Below, one piece after another: positions 9,019-19,311 of a DNA stretch of 64,000 bases. Each line of letters opens with the position of its first letter. Within the stretch, counting starts at the first letter, position 1. The translations under genes and the position numbers were made by a program. Below the pieces are notes generated by a model. That model worked only from the letters and a program-made list of their open reading frames with translations. It had not been told where the DNA came from and did no database searches. Origin of the DNA: Actinomycetota bacterium (GTDB lineage Bacteria; Actinomycetota; Acidimicrobiia; Acidimicrobiales; JAMCPL01); assembly GCA_023379675.1 (NCBI GenBank), contig JAMCPL010000014.1, positions 72,185 through 136,184 on the forward strand. Direction: 5' to 3'.

Positions 9019-9081
9019 CCAAAATTACCGGTAATCAGATCTGCCAAGTCTGTCAAAATTACCGGTAATCAGATCTGCCAA
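9019..9081. repeat. Two tandem copies (34-bp period) of caaaATTACCGGTAATCAGATCTGccaa; candidate transcription-factor sites
   Basis: 9019-9047 and 9053-9081 are identical except for the first base. Each contains the perfect palindromes ATTACCGGTAAT and CAGATCTG. They lie immediately upstream of the -35 at 9093. Confidence 0.6.
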
Positions 9082-9092
9082 CCCTGGAACGG

Positions 9093-9152
9093 TTGCAACC
9101 TGTGACGAAATGATATACAGTGGTTTTTATTGAACGGTTAGTAGATTAAACT
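9093..9152 (+). promoter_or_regulatory. Promoter (-35 TTGCAA 9093-9098, 17 bp, -10 TACAGT 9116-9121) plus conserved box ATTGAACGGTTAGTAGATTAAACT (9129-9152)
   Basis: Copy B of the four-copy cassette. The box starts 7 nt after the -10. GGAGG at 9158-9162 and ATG at 9171 follow directly. Confidence 0.6.
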
Positions 9153-9170
9153 TGTTTGGAGGTAATTGTA

Positions 9171-10220
9171 ATGGGAGAGATCCGCCTGCCTGAAGTCGAA
9201 TTCACCGAAATCACTTATTCCAGGGATGGGTGGGTGGCAAGGGTGACCATCAACCGCCCGGAAGCATACAATGCCTACAGTACTCGTACGCTGATTGAAC
9301 TCGCTGCCGCTTTCCGGCAGGCTGCATTCGACGACGAGGTGGCTGTGATCGTATACACAGGTAGCGGCACCAACGCCTTCTGCACGGGCGGCGATGTCAA
9401 GGAGTACGAGAGCGTCTATACCAAGTCTCCTCATGACTACTGGAAGTACATGGGTCTTTTCAGCGCCTACATAGAGAGTATCGTAAAGACAGGCAAGCCG
9501 GTGATCGCTCGGCTGAACGGCATAGTTGTAGGTGGCGGCAACGAGAGCCACCTGGCCTGTGACCTGTCCGTGATTGCCGAACACGCCTACGTAGGTCAGG
9601 TCGGTACAGGCGTGGGAAGTGTGGCGGCAGGTGGAGCCACCCAGTGGCTCCCTATCGTAGTCGGCGATCGCCGTGCACGATGGATGCTCATGCTCAACCG
9701 GCGCATCCCTGCTTACCAGGCACTGGAGTGGGGCCTCGTCAACGAAGTGGTCCCTTCCGTGCGCCGCGACGGAGAGTTCATCGAGCGCGCGACACCCGAG
9801 CAGATCAAGCTGGCGCAGAAGGGACAGGATGGATACAGCATCGACCTCTCCAAGCTTGATGAGACTGTGGACGGCCTGTGCGAAGAGCTCATAGACAAGT
9901 TTGCCGAGTGCACCAGGTATACCAAGCAGCAGGCCAACTTCTGGAAGGATCTGTCCTGGTACCAGACTGTCGGCCATGCAGGCGAGTGGCTTGCTCTTCA
10001 TTATGCATCCTGGGAACCGCTGGAAGGCATGAGCGCCTTTGTGGAGAAGCGGCCGCCCCGGTACAGGATGCTGAGAGAACAGGCGGCTTTCGGGGGATCC
10101 TCGGAGTTCCCGTGGGGTCCCTACATGAATCATTGTCCCTCTTGCGGAGCCAGCAACCTTCCACGCAACTTCGAGTACTGCGGTCAGTGTGGCCATGCCC
10201 TTCAACCTCGAGAAAGCTGA
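9171..10220 (+). CDS. MenB-subfamily crotonase (candidate ring-opening hydrolase of the Oah/BamA or BadI type) with a C-terminal zinc-ribbon
   Basis: It contains RPEAYNAY...AFCTGGDV...GIVVGGGNESHLACDL...GQVGTGVGSVAAGG, which is MenB-like. An insertion follows VNEVVP. The C-terminus reads HCPSCGASNLPRNFEYCGQCGH. Confidence 0.65.
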   Translation: MGEIRLPEVEFTEITYSRDGWVARVTINRPEAYNAYSTRTLIELAAAFRQAAFDDEVAVIVYTGSGTNAFCTGGDVKEYESVYTKSPHDYWKYMGLFSAYIESIVKTGKPVIARLNGIVVGGGNESHLACDLSVIAEHAYVGQVGTGVGSVAAGGATQWLPIVVGDRRARWMLMLNRRIPAYQALEWGLVNEVVPSVRRDGEFIERATPEQIKLAQKGQDGYSIDLSKLDETVDGLCEELIDKFAECTRYTKQQANFWKDLSWYQTVGHAGEWLALHYASWEPLEGMSAFVEKRPPRYRMLREQAAFGGSSEFPWGPYMNHCPSCGASNLPRNFEYCGQCGHALQPRES

Positions 10221-10238
10221 TCGGGCCGGCAGCAACTG

Positions 10239-11141
10239 ATGGGAGCTTCCAAGGTGGTATCCATCTCTGATGCCGTCTCGAGCATAGTCGAAGACGGCTC
10301 TTTTGTGGTAGTCGGTGGCATGCACTTGCACAACAACCCGATGGCTCTGGTAAGGGAGATCATCCGCCAAGGTCGAAGGACAGGTAAGTTGCTGACCAGC
10401 CCCTGCGGTGCCATGAACGCAGACTTGCTGCTCGGAGCGGGGCTGGTCGACGAGCTGATCACCTCCTACGTCGGCTTCGAGCATCTCGGCTTGGCGCCCA
10501 ATTTCAGGCGCCTTGCCGAGCAGGGAAGTATCCGCATCCTCGAGTGCGACGAACCTTACATAGCCCATGGTCTCTATGCAGGAGCCGGCGGTCTGCCTTT
10601 CATCCCCTTGCCCAGGGGACTCGAGTACTCGGACATCCCCAAGGTGAACCCCGAAAGCTATACCTATACTGAGGATCCTTTCAGCGGTGAGCGCGTGCTT
10701 GTAGGGGCTCCCCTCTTGCCGGAGGTCGCTCTCCTGCATGCCCAGCTCTCGGATGCACAGGGGAATGCTGTCCTGCTGGGAGCTCACTTCCTGGACAGGC
10801 TGATAGCATTGGCGTCAAAGCATGTGATCCTCCAGGTGGAGCGTATCGTATCCACCGAGGAGATCAGCAGCCATCCGATGGGCACGACAATCCCTGCTTT
10901 CCTCGTTGACGCGGTGGTCGTAGCCACCGGAGGCTGCCACCCCACCTCCTCTCACGCTTTCTACACATACGACGAACAACATCTGCGCCAGTATCTCGAG
11001 ATGGCAAGAGATGAGCGTGGTACCGATGAGTACTTGACTCGTTATGTACGCCAGACTACAGAGGCACTGTACCAGCAGTCTATGGCCGATCGTATCGATA
11101 GCCTGCGCAATGAGGCCGTCCTGGAGCAAAGGGCACTATGA
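10239..11141 (+). CDS. CoA-transferase subunit A (glutaconate/3-oxoacid CoA-transferase family)
   Basis: It contains VVVGGMHLHNNPMALVREI and is followed by subunit B through an ATGA overlap. Confidence 0.75.
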   Translation: MGASKVVSISDAVSSIVEDGSFVVVGGMHLHNNPMALVREIIRQGRRTGKLLTSPCGAMNADLLLGAGLVDELITSYVGFEHLGLAPNFRRLAEQGSIRILECDEPYIAHGLYAGAGGLPFIPLPRGLEYSDIPKVNPESYTYTEDPFSGERVLVGAPLLPEVALLHAQLSDAQGNAVLLGAHFLDRLIALASKHVILQVERIVSTEEISSHPMGTTIPAFLVDAVVVATGGCHPTSSHAFYTYDEQHLRQYLEMARDERGTDEYLTRYVRQTTEALYQQSMADRIDSLRNEAVLEQRAL

Positions 11142-11917
11142 GCCTGGATCAACCAACGGATTGGAGTGCTTCAGAGCTGATGGCCACCGTGCTGGCCGGC
11201 CAGTTGCGTGACGGCGAAGTTGCCATAATGGGTACGGGCAGCGCTGTTCCGCAGGCTTCCTGCAGGCTGGCACAGCTGACACATGCTCCCAATTTCTCCT
11301 ACATAGCAGGCGGTACTTGCAGCGTCAATCCATACCAGCAGCCACTGGTCGCATCGTCTTGCGACTACCGGCTACTACGGGCAGAGACGGCGGTACCGCT
11401 TACCGATGTAGTCCTAATGGAGGGTCGCGGCGACGTGTTCGACATCTTCTTTGCCGGTGGCATCCAGATCGATGCCTACGGCAACTGCAATCTGGTGGCG
11501 GTAGGAAGCTGGAACCATCCTCACCCTCGGGGACCAGGCAGCGTAGGGCTTCCTTTCCTTTCCAGGGTGGGGAGAATACTCATTTACACCATGTCGCACA
11601 ACCGGCGCACCTTCGTCGAGAAGGTCGACTTCCGGAGCGGCCCTGGTTTCTTGGAGGGACCGGCGTCCTGGCGAGAAGCTGGACTCATGGGAGGGGGACC
11701 AGCCATGGTGGTCACCCCTCTGTGTACCATGACCTTCAACCCGGAAACCTTGCGGATGCAGATTGCCTCGCTCCACCCAGGCGTAGAACTCCAACAGGTG
11801 GTGGAAGCCACCGGTTTTGAGATCGAGATCGAACCACCCCTACCGTTCACACCCTCACCCTCTCCCGAACAGCTTGACATACTACGGGCAATGGATCCGA
11901 ATGGACTGCTCCGTTGA
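11138..11917 (+). CDS. CoA-transferase subunit B
   Basis: It contains AIMGTGSAVPQASCRLAQLTHAPN and has an ATGA overlap with subunit A. Confidence 0.75.
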   Translation: MSLDQPTDWSASELMATVLAGQLRDGEVAIMGTGSAVPQASCRLAQLTHAPNFSYIAGGTCSVNPYQQPLVASSCDYRLLRAETAVPLTDVVLMEGRGDVFDIFFAGGIQIDAYGNCNLVAVGSWNHPHPRGPGSVGLPFLSRVGRILIYTMSHNRRTFVEKVDFRSGPGFLEGPASWREAGLMGGGPAMVVTPLCTMTFNPETLRMQIASLHPGVELQQVVEATGFEIEIEPPLPFTPSPSPEQLDILRAMDPNGLLR

Positions 11918-12032
11918 CCGTATATCCGGCCGGCTCCTTTCTCCGCAAAGAAGCATCCCCATGCTGCAATACATGTCGGCATCCATCTGGCCATGACTCG
12001 CAATATAAGAATATATGGAGGTAGAAAGACTT

Positions 12033-12785
12033 ATGCGCTTCGAAGGCAAGACAGCTATCGTCACTGGTGGTGGCAGTGGCATCGGCAGGGCAGTTGCGCT
12101 GTTGCTCGCAGGCGAGGGTGCTGCCGTAGCAGTGGCGGATCTCGACGGAACCAGAGCATCTCAGGTGGCCGGCGAGATCGCATCCACTCCAGGTGAAGGA
12201 ATAGGCGTAGCCTGTGACGTCACATCCACCTCTGATGTCCGATCCATGATAATAAAGGTCTTGGATGCGTTCGGGCACCTGGACATCCTTGTTTCCAACG
12301 CAGGCTGGGACAAGGTCATGCCATTCGTTGACACCGACGAGGAACTCTGGGACAAGGTCATTGCGGTCAACTACCGCGGCCATCTCGCATGCGTGCATGC
12401 GGTTCTGCCTCACATGATCGAGCAAGAGCACGGCCGCATCGTGCTGGTGGCTTCAGACGCAGGAAGGGTCGGTTCCAGCGGGGAAACCGTCTATTCCGGG
12501 GCCAAAGGCGCCACGATCGCATTCTCCAAAGCCATTGCCAGAGAGGTGGCTCGCCACAGCATCAATGTGAACTGCGTGGCGCCGGGGCTCATCGACACTG
12601 CCATGCTTGCGGGAGTACGCGAGGGTAACGAACGGCTGATGGATGCGATCACGCGCTCGATCCCGTTTCGCCGGGTAGGTAAGCCGGAGGAAGTAGCCAG
12701 GGCCATCTGCTTCATGGCCTCTTCTGATGCCGATTACATCACTGGACAGACACTGAGCGTAGACGGTGGACTCACCATGTCCTGA
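12033..12785 (+). CDS. short-chain dehydrogenase/reductase (FabG/BadH-like)
   Basis: It contains MRFEGKTAIVTGGGSGIGRA and the catalytic motif YSGAKGA. The ATG at 12033 was preferred over 12015 because GGAGG lies at 12017-12021. Confidence 0.75.
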   Translation: MRFEGKTAIVTGGGSGIGRAVALLLAGEGAAVAVADLDGTRASQVAGEIASTPGEGIGVACDVTSTSDVRSMIIKVLDAFGHLDILVSNAGWDKVMPFVDTDEELWDKVIAVNYRGHLACVHAVLPHMIEQEHGRIVLVASDAGRVGSSGETVYSGAKGATIAFSKAIAREVARHSINVNCVAPGLIDTAMLAGVREGNERLMDAITRSIPFRRVGKPEEVARAICFMASSDADYITGQTLSVDGGLTMS

Positions 12786-12922
12786 GAAGCTGGCGTCGCG
12801 GTTCCAGGTCATGGCCGGCCACCGGCATCCGTAGCGTGCATGTTGTCCACGGGCAAATCGCCGGTGACTCGCTCTCCTGCTGCTTTCCCAGCCACCCCAG
12901 ATAAGAGGCTCAGCGGAGCCCG

Positions 12923-14098
12923 TCAATCCCACCAGATGTCGCCGTCCAGTAGACCTTTGGCAATCAAACCCAGTTGTACCTGGGTAGTTCCTTCTACGAT
13001 GGTAAGTTGCTTGGCATCCCTGTACCACAGCTCTGTGGGGTGATCTTTCATGTAACCGGCGGCGCCGAGCAACTGTAAAGCCACCCCTGAGGCATGGACA
13101 GCAAGCTCGGTTGCGTAGTATTTGGACATAGAGAGCAGGGGCACCCATTCCTTGGTGAACTTACCCTGATCGGCAAGGGCGGCTGCACGGTAAGTAAGCA
13201 GTCTGGCTGCTTCTATCTCGGTAGCCAACCTGGCCAGTTCCCACTGGATCCCCTGGAAGTCAGCTATGGTCCTGCCGAAGGCCTCGCGCTCTTTCACATA
13301 GTTGGTGGCGTACATGAGCGCTCCTTCCGCCAAGCCAATCCCCCGAGCAGCCACGACCGGCCTCATGGAGTTGAGGCCCAGCATAGCCAGCCTGAATCCT
13401 CCCACCTCTCCTATGACGCACTCTGGAGGAACGCTGACGTCCTTCAGAACCAGCTCACCGGTATCCACACCTCTGACGCCCATCTTTTCGTCAAGACGAC
13501 CCACGGATACACCTTTCCACCCACGTTCGACGATAAAAGCGGTGATCGAGTCGTGAGCACGGCTGGCCGGAGCCTCTGTCTTGGCAAAGACGGTAAACCA
13601 GTCAGCCTGAGCGACTCCTGACATCCAGCATTTCAAGCCGTTCAGTATCCAGGCGCCCTCATGACTGGGATCTCTCACGGCCCTGGTTCTCATACCCATA
13701 ACATCACTGCCCGCTTGCGGCTCGGATAGTCCAAATGCGGCGCGTTGAGTACCCTCGGCAATTCCCGGCAGATAGCGCTTCCTCTGATCCTCGGAACCGG
13801 CTATCATCACAGGTCCTGTCGGGAGACGGGTGAGCAACAGCATAAGCGCTGCCGTGCTCGAGTACTTAGCCACCTCCTCCACCGCCAAGACAAGGCCAAG
13901 TATCCCAGCTCCTGATCCGCCGTACTCCTCAGGTATGCACAGTCCCAGCAAACCCGCCTTGGCGAATGTCTCGAAGAGATCAGCTGGGTACTCGCCGGTG
14001 GTGTCGATCTCACGGGCTCTGGGCTGCACCTTATCTCTTGCAATTCTACGAACCGTATCTTGCAGCTCAGCCAGCTCAGATGAAAGCTCAAAATCCAT
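12923..14098 (-). CDS. acyl-CoA dehydrogenase
   Basis: It contains MDFELSSELAEL..., GLSEPQAGSD and YRDAKQLTIVEGTTQVQ. The start was trimmed to ATG 14098, with AAAGGGG upstream. Confidence 0.8.
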   Translation of the reverse strand: MDFELSSELAELQDTVRRIARDKVQPRAREIDTTGEYPADLFETFAKAGLLGLCIPEEYGGSGAGILGLVLAVEEVAKYSSTAALMLLLTRLPTGPVMIAGSEDQRKRYLPGIAEGTQRAAFGLSEPQAGSDVMGMRTRAVRDPSHEGAWILNGLKCWMSGVAQADWFTVFAKTEAPASRAHDSITAFIVERGWKGVSVGRLDEKMGVRGVDTGELVLKDVSVPPECVIGEVGGFRLAMLGLNSMRPVVAARGIGLAEGALMYATNYVKEREAFGRTIADFQGIQWELARLATEIEAARLLTYRAAALADQGKFTKEWVPLLSMSKYYATELAVHASGVALQLLGAAGYMKDHPTELWYRDAKQLTIVEGTTQVQLGLIAKGLLDGDIWWD

Positions 14099-14163
14099 AC
14101 CTACCCCTTTCTTGGTTCTGGCCCTCTTGCAGCCTTCGCTCCGGCCAATATCCTCCTCCCATC

Positions 14164-14865
14164 TCAACCTGCCATTATCATGTCCACGCAGGCATCGGCG
14201 AATGCCTGAGGATCATCACGGTCGGGGTCGAACCACTTGTATATCCAACTGGTCATGCCAAGGATGGCTTGGGCGCCGTAACGAGCCCTCATGGGCGCCA
14301 GTACTCCATTGTCCACGGCAGTAGCAACTGCTTCTTGATATACACGCAGGTACTGCTTCTCCTTGGCCAGTATCTCACTGTCATAGTTTCGAGCCAGCCT
14401 CGGTCGCTGGTCGAAGAAGACGGTGAAAAAGCTGGGTTCCGAAGCGACCATGACCACCTGATGACGTATCAGCGCCGCTAAGCGCTCTCTGGGATCCTGG
14501 ATGGACAGGCACTTCTCGATGCTATCCAGCGCTGAGGTGATGGTCTTGTCGAATATCAGGTAAAGCAGTTCGGCCTTGGAGCGCACATAGTAGTACAGGC
14601 TCGCTTTCCTCAAGTTCAACTCCGAGGCCACATCGTCCAACGACCCGGCATCATAGCCTCTCTCCCTGAACACCTTTGCAGCCACCTCTACGATCTCCGC
14701 CAAACGGGCCGTATATTCCGCGCTGGGCCCACGGTTCCGCGGCCTTCCCGGACGCCGTGCACCCACCTGCGCTCCGGCAGCACCGATCATCGCCCCCATG
14801 CCTCTCCTGACACTTGGATCAAGACTTGTGGCACTATCCTCAAGATCCTCAAGGCTGTCTTTCAT
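14164..14865 (-). CDS. TetR-family transcriptional regulator
   Basis: The HTH region is AAKVFRERGYDAGSLDDVASELNLRKASLYYYVRSKAEL. It lies co-directionally between the bcr-like genes and the acyl-CoA dehydrogenase. Confidence 0.8.
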   Translation of the reverse strand: MKDSLEDLEDSATSLDPSVRRGMGAMIGAAGAQVGARRPGRPRNRGPSAEYTARLAEIVEVAAKVFRERGYDAGSLDDVASELNLRKASLYYYVRSKAELLYLIFDKTITSALDSIEKCLSIQDPRERLAALIRHQVVMVASEPSFFTVFFDQRPRLARNYDSEILAKEKQYLRVYQEAVATAVDNGVLAPMRARYGAQAILGMTSWIYKWFDPDRDDPQAFADACVDMIMAG

Positions 14866-14973
14866 GCGCTATATGATCATCCCATGCATGGGCGGCGTGG
14901 ATCTTGTCCAACCAAGTATCCTCTCGCTGATCGGCACCCATACCCTGCAACTTCTCCCGTTCATCAGCTCAAT

Positions 14974-15786
14974 CTATACCAGCGCATCTTCCTTGGCAAG
15001 CTTTCTGGCTCGTTGCCGACCAAGAACTGCGGCTCCAAGAGCAAGGACAAACTGGGGCATGTCTCCTGATGGCAGGTTCATCTCCGCCTTCAGCTTTTCC
15101 TTGAGCACCTGCGCCATGCTCTCGAAACGCAGTATCCCACCGACCAGAGTGAACTCGGGCTCCATCTGCACTCTTTTCATCAGCTGGACCGACTTGGAGA
15201 CCAGAGAGACGATTGCGCCATGCATGATGTCGGCAGGAGCCACCCCTTGGGAAAGATGGTTGATGACTTCCGCCTCGGCAAAGACGGCACACACTCCAGA
15301 GATGGGCACATCCTCCTTCGATGTCGCTGCTGCCGGCCCGATCTCCTCGGTCTCGAAACCCATGTAACGGGCCGTCTTCTCCAGGAAGGCCCCAGTGCCA
15401 GCGGCACACTTGTCATTCAGGCGGAACGACTTCACCCTACCGTGCTCATCGAGCCGGGTGACCTTCATCGTCTGCCCACCCACATCCAGGATGGTGTGGG
15501 TGTCAGGATACAAGAATCGGGCCCCCCAGGCCGCTGCGGTAAGGTCAGTGATATTGATACTTCGCCCTCCCACTTGGAAGCGGCCATAGCCCGTTGCCGC
15601 CACGTAGGACAGGTCCCCCCGGTCCAGCCCAGCTTGAACGAGCGCCTTTCCCAGAGCCTCTTCTCCCACCTTGTCCAGCTTGAACCCGGTTCGGATCATG
15701 GCCTTGCCTGCAATCGAGTCGTCATCGGATAGGATAACCGCTTTGGTATAAGTCGAGCCTACGTCTATTCCCGCTACGTAGCTCAT
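14974..15786 (-). CDS. BcrAD_BadFG-family ATPase subunit (benzoyl-CoA reductase D/BzdP-like)
   Basis: It contains [12 protein letters not shown] and [13 protein letters not shown]. It is one of two distinct adjacent ATPase subunits. Confidence 0.75.
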   Translation of the reverse strand: MSYVAGIDVGSTYTKAVILSDDDSIAGKAMIRTGFKLDKVGEEALGKALVQAGLDRGDLSYVAATGYGRFQVGGRSINITDLTAAAWGARFLYPDTHTILDVGGQTMKVTRLDEHGRVKSFRLNDKCAAGTGAFLEKTARYMGFETEEIGPAAATSKEDVPISGVCAVFAEAEVINHLSQGVAPADIMHGAIVSLVSKSVQLMKRVQMEPEFTLVGGILRFESMAQVLKEKLKAEMNLPSGDMPQFVLALGAAVLGRQRARKLAKEDALV

Positions 15787-16607
15787 GCCGTAACCTTCAT
15801 CAGCCTTGATGGAGCCTGACGGCTCTTCACATGATCCATGGCGAACAATGCTGCCCCCAGCGCTCCCATAAAGTGCGATTCCTCGCTCACGTATATCGGA
15901 AAACCCAGAAGCTCCTCCAGTGCCTTCACCATTCCTATATTCCTGGCCACCCCACCAGTGAATGCCACATCCTGCTCGATCCCTACTCGCCGTAGGAGAC
16001 CCAGGGCCCTCCCCGCCACTGACTGGTGGACCCCGAAGAGGATGTCCTCAACCTTCTTGCCCTTACCCAGCCAGGAAAGGATCTCTGACTCAGCAAAGAC
16101 TGTACAGGTGGTGGAGATCTTCACGGGCCTCTCCGAGCGAAGCGAGGTAGGACCAAGCTCATCGAGTGGTATCTCGAGCGCAGTCGAAGCCGCTCCCAGG
16201 AACCTCCCTGTACCAGCAGCACACTTGTCGTTCATGCTGAAGTCGAGGATCTCTCCATTGGGGTTCACCTTGATCGCCTTGGTGTCCTGACCGCCCATGT
16301 CCAGGACAGTCCTCGTGGCAGGGAACATGTGCACGGCTCCCCTGCCGTGGCAGGAAATTTCCGTAGTTTGGGTATCACCAAATGTCACCTTGTAGCGTCC
16401 GTACCCGGTACCCACGATGAAGCCAACGGCCTCCTTCTCCTCATGAATGTCGCCATCCCGAAGAGCCACCTCGTAAGCATGCTCGGCCGCTATGGTGACA
16501 TTGGCACCGGTATCTATCAGAGCTCGGCCCACTATTCGCTGGTCCTCGTCGATGATGATGGCTTTTGTTTGAGTGGACCCGACATCCACTCCTGCTGCAT
16601 ATGACAT
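15783..16607 (-). CDS. BcrAD_BadFG-family ATPase subunit (benzoyl-CoA reductase A/BzdQ-like)
   Basis: It contains [20 protein letters not shown] and [13 protein letters not shown]. It overlaps the downstream ATPase gene by 4 nt. Confidence 0.75.
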   Translation of the reverse strand: MSYAAGVDVGSTQTKAIIIDEDQRIVGRALIDTGANVTIAAEHAYEVALRDGDIHEEKEAVGFIVGTGYGRYKVTFGDTQTTEISCHGRGAVHMFPATRTVLDMGGQDTKAIKVNPNGEILDFSMNDKCAAGTGRFLGAASTALEIPLDELGPTSLRSERPVKISTTCTVFAESEILSWLGKGKKVEDILFGVHQSVAGRALGLLRRVGIEQDVAFTGGVARNIGMVKALEELLGFPIYVSEESHFMGALGAALFAMDHVKSRQAPSRLMKVTA

Positions 16608-16616
16608 TTATACCTC

Positions 16617-17945
16617 CTAACTGGCTCGTGCCGCTATCAGCTTGCGAGTGGCCAGCCCTTCGAAAAAGGCATCCACCCGGTTTTTCAACTGCGCTTCCGA
16701 GACCACACGGGAGTCCATGTGATCAGACTCGAGTAGCAGCGTACCTACGTCGGCATCTTTCATGACTGCCAGCCTGTTGTCGGCCAAGCCCGTCGAAACC
16801 GTTCGGCAGGATTTGATGGAGTGATACACCACACCGTCGATCCCGTAGGGCTCCACCATGTCCACCAGCATTTTGTCCGAATAGAACATGGAATCCATTG
16901 CATTTCTCACTGTGACCAGCACCCCCTCGGCCAAGCTCTCCAAAGGATTGTCAAGGTCGTACTCGAACCCCGTGTTCATGCCACCCGAAGCAAACCATAG
17001 ATAGCTGGAGCCTACGAACTCCCCGCCCCACTTACTGAACATCTCTCCAAAACGCCGGAATATCGGGTAACAGGGTACTCCTACGAATACCAGGCGGTAC
17101 TTCTCCTCATGAAGAGTCCCGATTCCGTTGGCGGCTTTGTACTCGAGCTCTTCCACCAGATCCTCGAAGTACTTGGCTCCCTCTTCCCGGCCTCTGAACC
17201 CGTTGGCTACGCCAAGATACACTGTCCCGTCAGTTACCCCGTTGTAGAGAGCAGGTACAGCTTTGTTGACTTCGACCACTCGCTTGAAGCCAACGCTCAT
17301 CCTGTTGGCGTAACCCATGTGATCGCGTAGCTTGTCAATATCGAACTTCTTCCCGGTAACACCCTCCAAGACACCGATCAGCTCTTTCACCTGCCCTTCC
17401 ACATAGAGGCGATCATTGTCGAAATCGGCATCCCCTTTCCAGGTCCGCCTGCCTTCTGTCCTGGACCCGGGCACATCCAAGGTGAAGATAGGGACGTGGT
17501 ACATCCTCTCCCATATCTCCGCCCACTTTATGTAGGTATTGCAGGCATTGGTGTAGACAGCTACGGCGGGCGGAGGTATGCGCCCCATCGGGTGGTCTCC
17601 GCCGCGCATCTGCAATCCCACATCCGCTTTCACGTAGCCGCATACGTCGGATGCATACCCATAATCCTCTGCATCGGCTATGTAGGACTCCGAAGCATGC
17701 CTTACCGCTGTCTGCAGGCCATTGATCTCCGGAAATACCGTATGCAAATCGAACGATCGAAGCAACTCGGCCAAGCTTCCCATCACAAACACGTAGGCAG
17801 CCTTCTCGCCCCGCTCCGGAGCGGTGGTCAGCTCCTTATACCATTCACGGAACAGCTGGTTGCCGTCCCTGTTGCCCCGTCCTACCAATGTTTCAGCCCT
17901 GCCATCAGAACTGGGCGTTACTCTTGTAATTTGTTCGCTGCTCAT
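16617..17945 (-). CDS. benzoyl-CoA reductase / 2-hydroxyacyl-CoA dehydratase family subunit (BcrB/BadE/BzdO-like)
   Basis: It contains FPEINGLQTAV and SDVCGYVKADVG. The start was trimmed to ATG 17945, with GGAGG 5 nt upstream. Confidence 0.75.
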   Translation of the reverse strand: MSSEQITRVTPSSDGRAETLVGRGNRDGNQLFREWYKELTTAPERGEKAAYVFVMGSLAELLRSFDLHTVFPEINGLQTAVRHASESYIADAEDYGYASDVCGYVKADVGLQMRGGDHPMGRIPPPAVAVYTNACNTYIKWAEIWERMYHVPIFTLDVPGSRTEGRRTWKGDADFDNDRLYVEGQVKELIGVLEGVTGKKFDIDKLRDHMGYANRMSVGFKRVVEVNKAVPALYNGVTDGTVYLGVANGFRGREEGAKYFEDLVEELEYKAANGIGTLHEEKYRLVFVGVPCYPIFRRFGEMFSKWGGEFVGSSYLWFASGGMNTGFEYDLDNPLESLAEGVLVTVRNAMDSMFYSDKMLVDMVEPYGIDGVVYHSIKSCRTVSTGLADNRLAVMKDADVGTLLLESDHMDSRVVSEAQLKNRVDAFFEGLATRKLIAARAS

Positions 17946-17975
17946 TGCAACCTCCATTTACCAATCTCTCTCCGC

Positions 17976-19142
17976 TCACACGAAGAGAATATTCTCTATG
18001 AATGTCTCCAGCTGGATCTGCAGGCTGTCGAAGCTGGTCATCGATTCTTCGAACTCGCTCACGAAGTACGGCACGCCCTCTTCGTCAAGGGCCTTTATAT
18101 ACGCCACCTGCTCGTCCAGCCCGGGCTCACACATCTTGGCCGCGGTGATGATTGCCGCACTCGCGCCGGAGTCCTTGATCCGGTCCAAGAGCATCTTTTC
18201 CTTCGGCTTTCGCAAATCATGCTGGACAGCGCTGTAGCTGGAGTGTTCCAGATAGGCATCGGCCAGGTTGCCGAGTGGGTCCCCCTCGGTCGAGACATCC
18301 TCAGTGATCCAGCGCGACCCAATCAAAAGATCATCATCCACTACATAAGAGAACTGGCCGATGGTGTGCAGCAGATCCAATGGCGGTTGTTCGCAGAAAC
18401 CTCCCTCCAGCACAAGGCGCATCCTGTCCTGAGGCTGGAGATTTCGCTTGCCCACGAGGTCCAGGGCATATCTCAGCAACTCGTTGTGCTCCTGCCTCGG
18501 CACCATACCGCCAACTGCCATCAGCACGTATGCCTCGTCCACCGCCAGCAGCCAAGGGGAGTCCCGCCTTATGGCATACATCTCTCTCAACAGCCGTCTG
18601 TTCTCGTTGAAAATGACGATTGCTGCGCGCAGATCGTCATCACTGATCCGATGACCTGCAACATCCTCGACATCCCTCTTCAGGCGATCATACTCGCCCC
18701 GCAGGTACGTGATCGCGTGAGCGGAGTTGGCATTCTGGGGCAGGTAAAGAATCTCGCACGGATAATCAAAGTTCCGTCCGTATACCGCAGCCAGGTTTCT
18801 TGCCGAGTCGCAGATGGGATGCGAAACAAACATGTCCAGCACGATCTTCCGGGTCAGGGCAAGTTCGAGGGAGGTCTTGACAATCGAGCAAAGATACCCA
18901 CCAAAGTGCGCCCCCGCCTCGCTTACCTCAAAGGATCCTCCCCTTACGGACAGAGGCAACATCCCTGCTGCCGCGACAATCTCATCTGGAAAATAGACCT
19001 GAAAACGCCCAACCACCTTGCCGCCGTTTTCACGCCAACGTTTCACCGTCGGATAGTCCACGTCTTCCACCAGATCACGGCAGTACTCGACAACACCTTC
19101 TATCGGCAGGTCCTGCCACCCTTCCAGCATGCGAACAACCAT
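17976..19142 (-). CDS. benzoyl-CoA reductase / 2-hydroxyacyl-CoA dehydratase family subunit (BcrC/BadD/BzdN-like)
   Basis: It contains GRFQVYFPDEIVAAAGMLPLSVRGG and HPICDSARNL. The start was trimmed to ATG 19142 (context gtGAGGttgctATG). The track start at 19298 lies in the leader. Confidence 0.7.
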   Translation of the reverse strand: MVVRMLEGWQDLPIEGVVEYCRDLVEDVDYPTVKRWRENGGKVVGRFQVYFPDEIVAAAGMLPLSVRGGSFEVSEAGAHFGGYLCSIVKTSLELALTRKIVLDMFVSHPICDSARNLAAVYGRNFDYPCEILYLPQNANSAHAITYLRGEYDRLKRDVEDVAGHRISDDDLRAAIVIFNENRRLLREMYAIRRDSPWLLAVDEAYVLMAVGGMVPRQEHNELLRYALDLVGKRNLQPQDRMRLVLEGGFCEQPPLDLLHTIGQFSYVVDDDLLIGSRWITEDVSTEGDPLGNLADAYLEHSSYSAVQHDLRKPKEKMLLDRIKDSGASAAIITAAKMCEPGLDEQVAYIKALDEEGVPYFVSEFEESMTSFDSLQIQLETFIENILFV

Positions 19143-19311
19143 AGCAACCTCACGCTCTTTTCCTTTATCTGGCTGGAGTTCTCCAAGCCAAGTCCTCCAC
19201 CTCATGCACGCCGACCACTGCTCGAGGATGTCGCCTGGACATCCGGTCCCTGGAGTCCCTGGCGCGGAGTCCCTGACACCATGTCGTACAATCACCACAC
19301 GTTTCCAGTGG

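Noticed and set aside
9138-10787. 549-aa ORF antisense to the crotonase and CoA-transferase A genes
   Set aside because: It spans two well-supported plus-strand genes and their junction. It has no family motifs and low-complexity composition.
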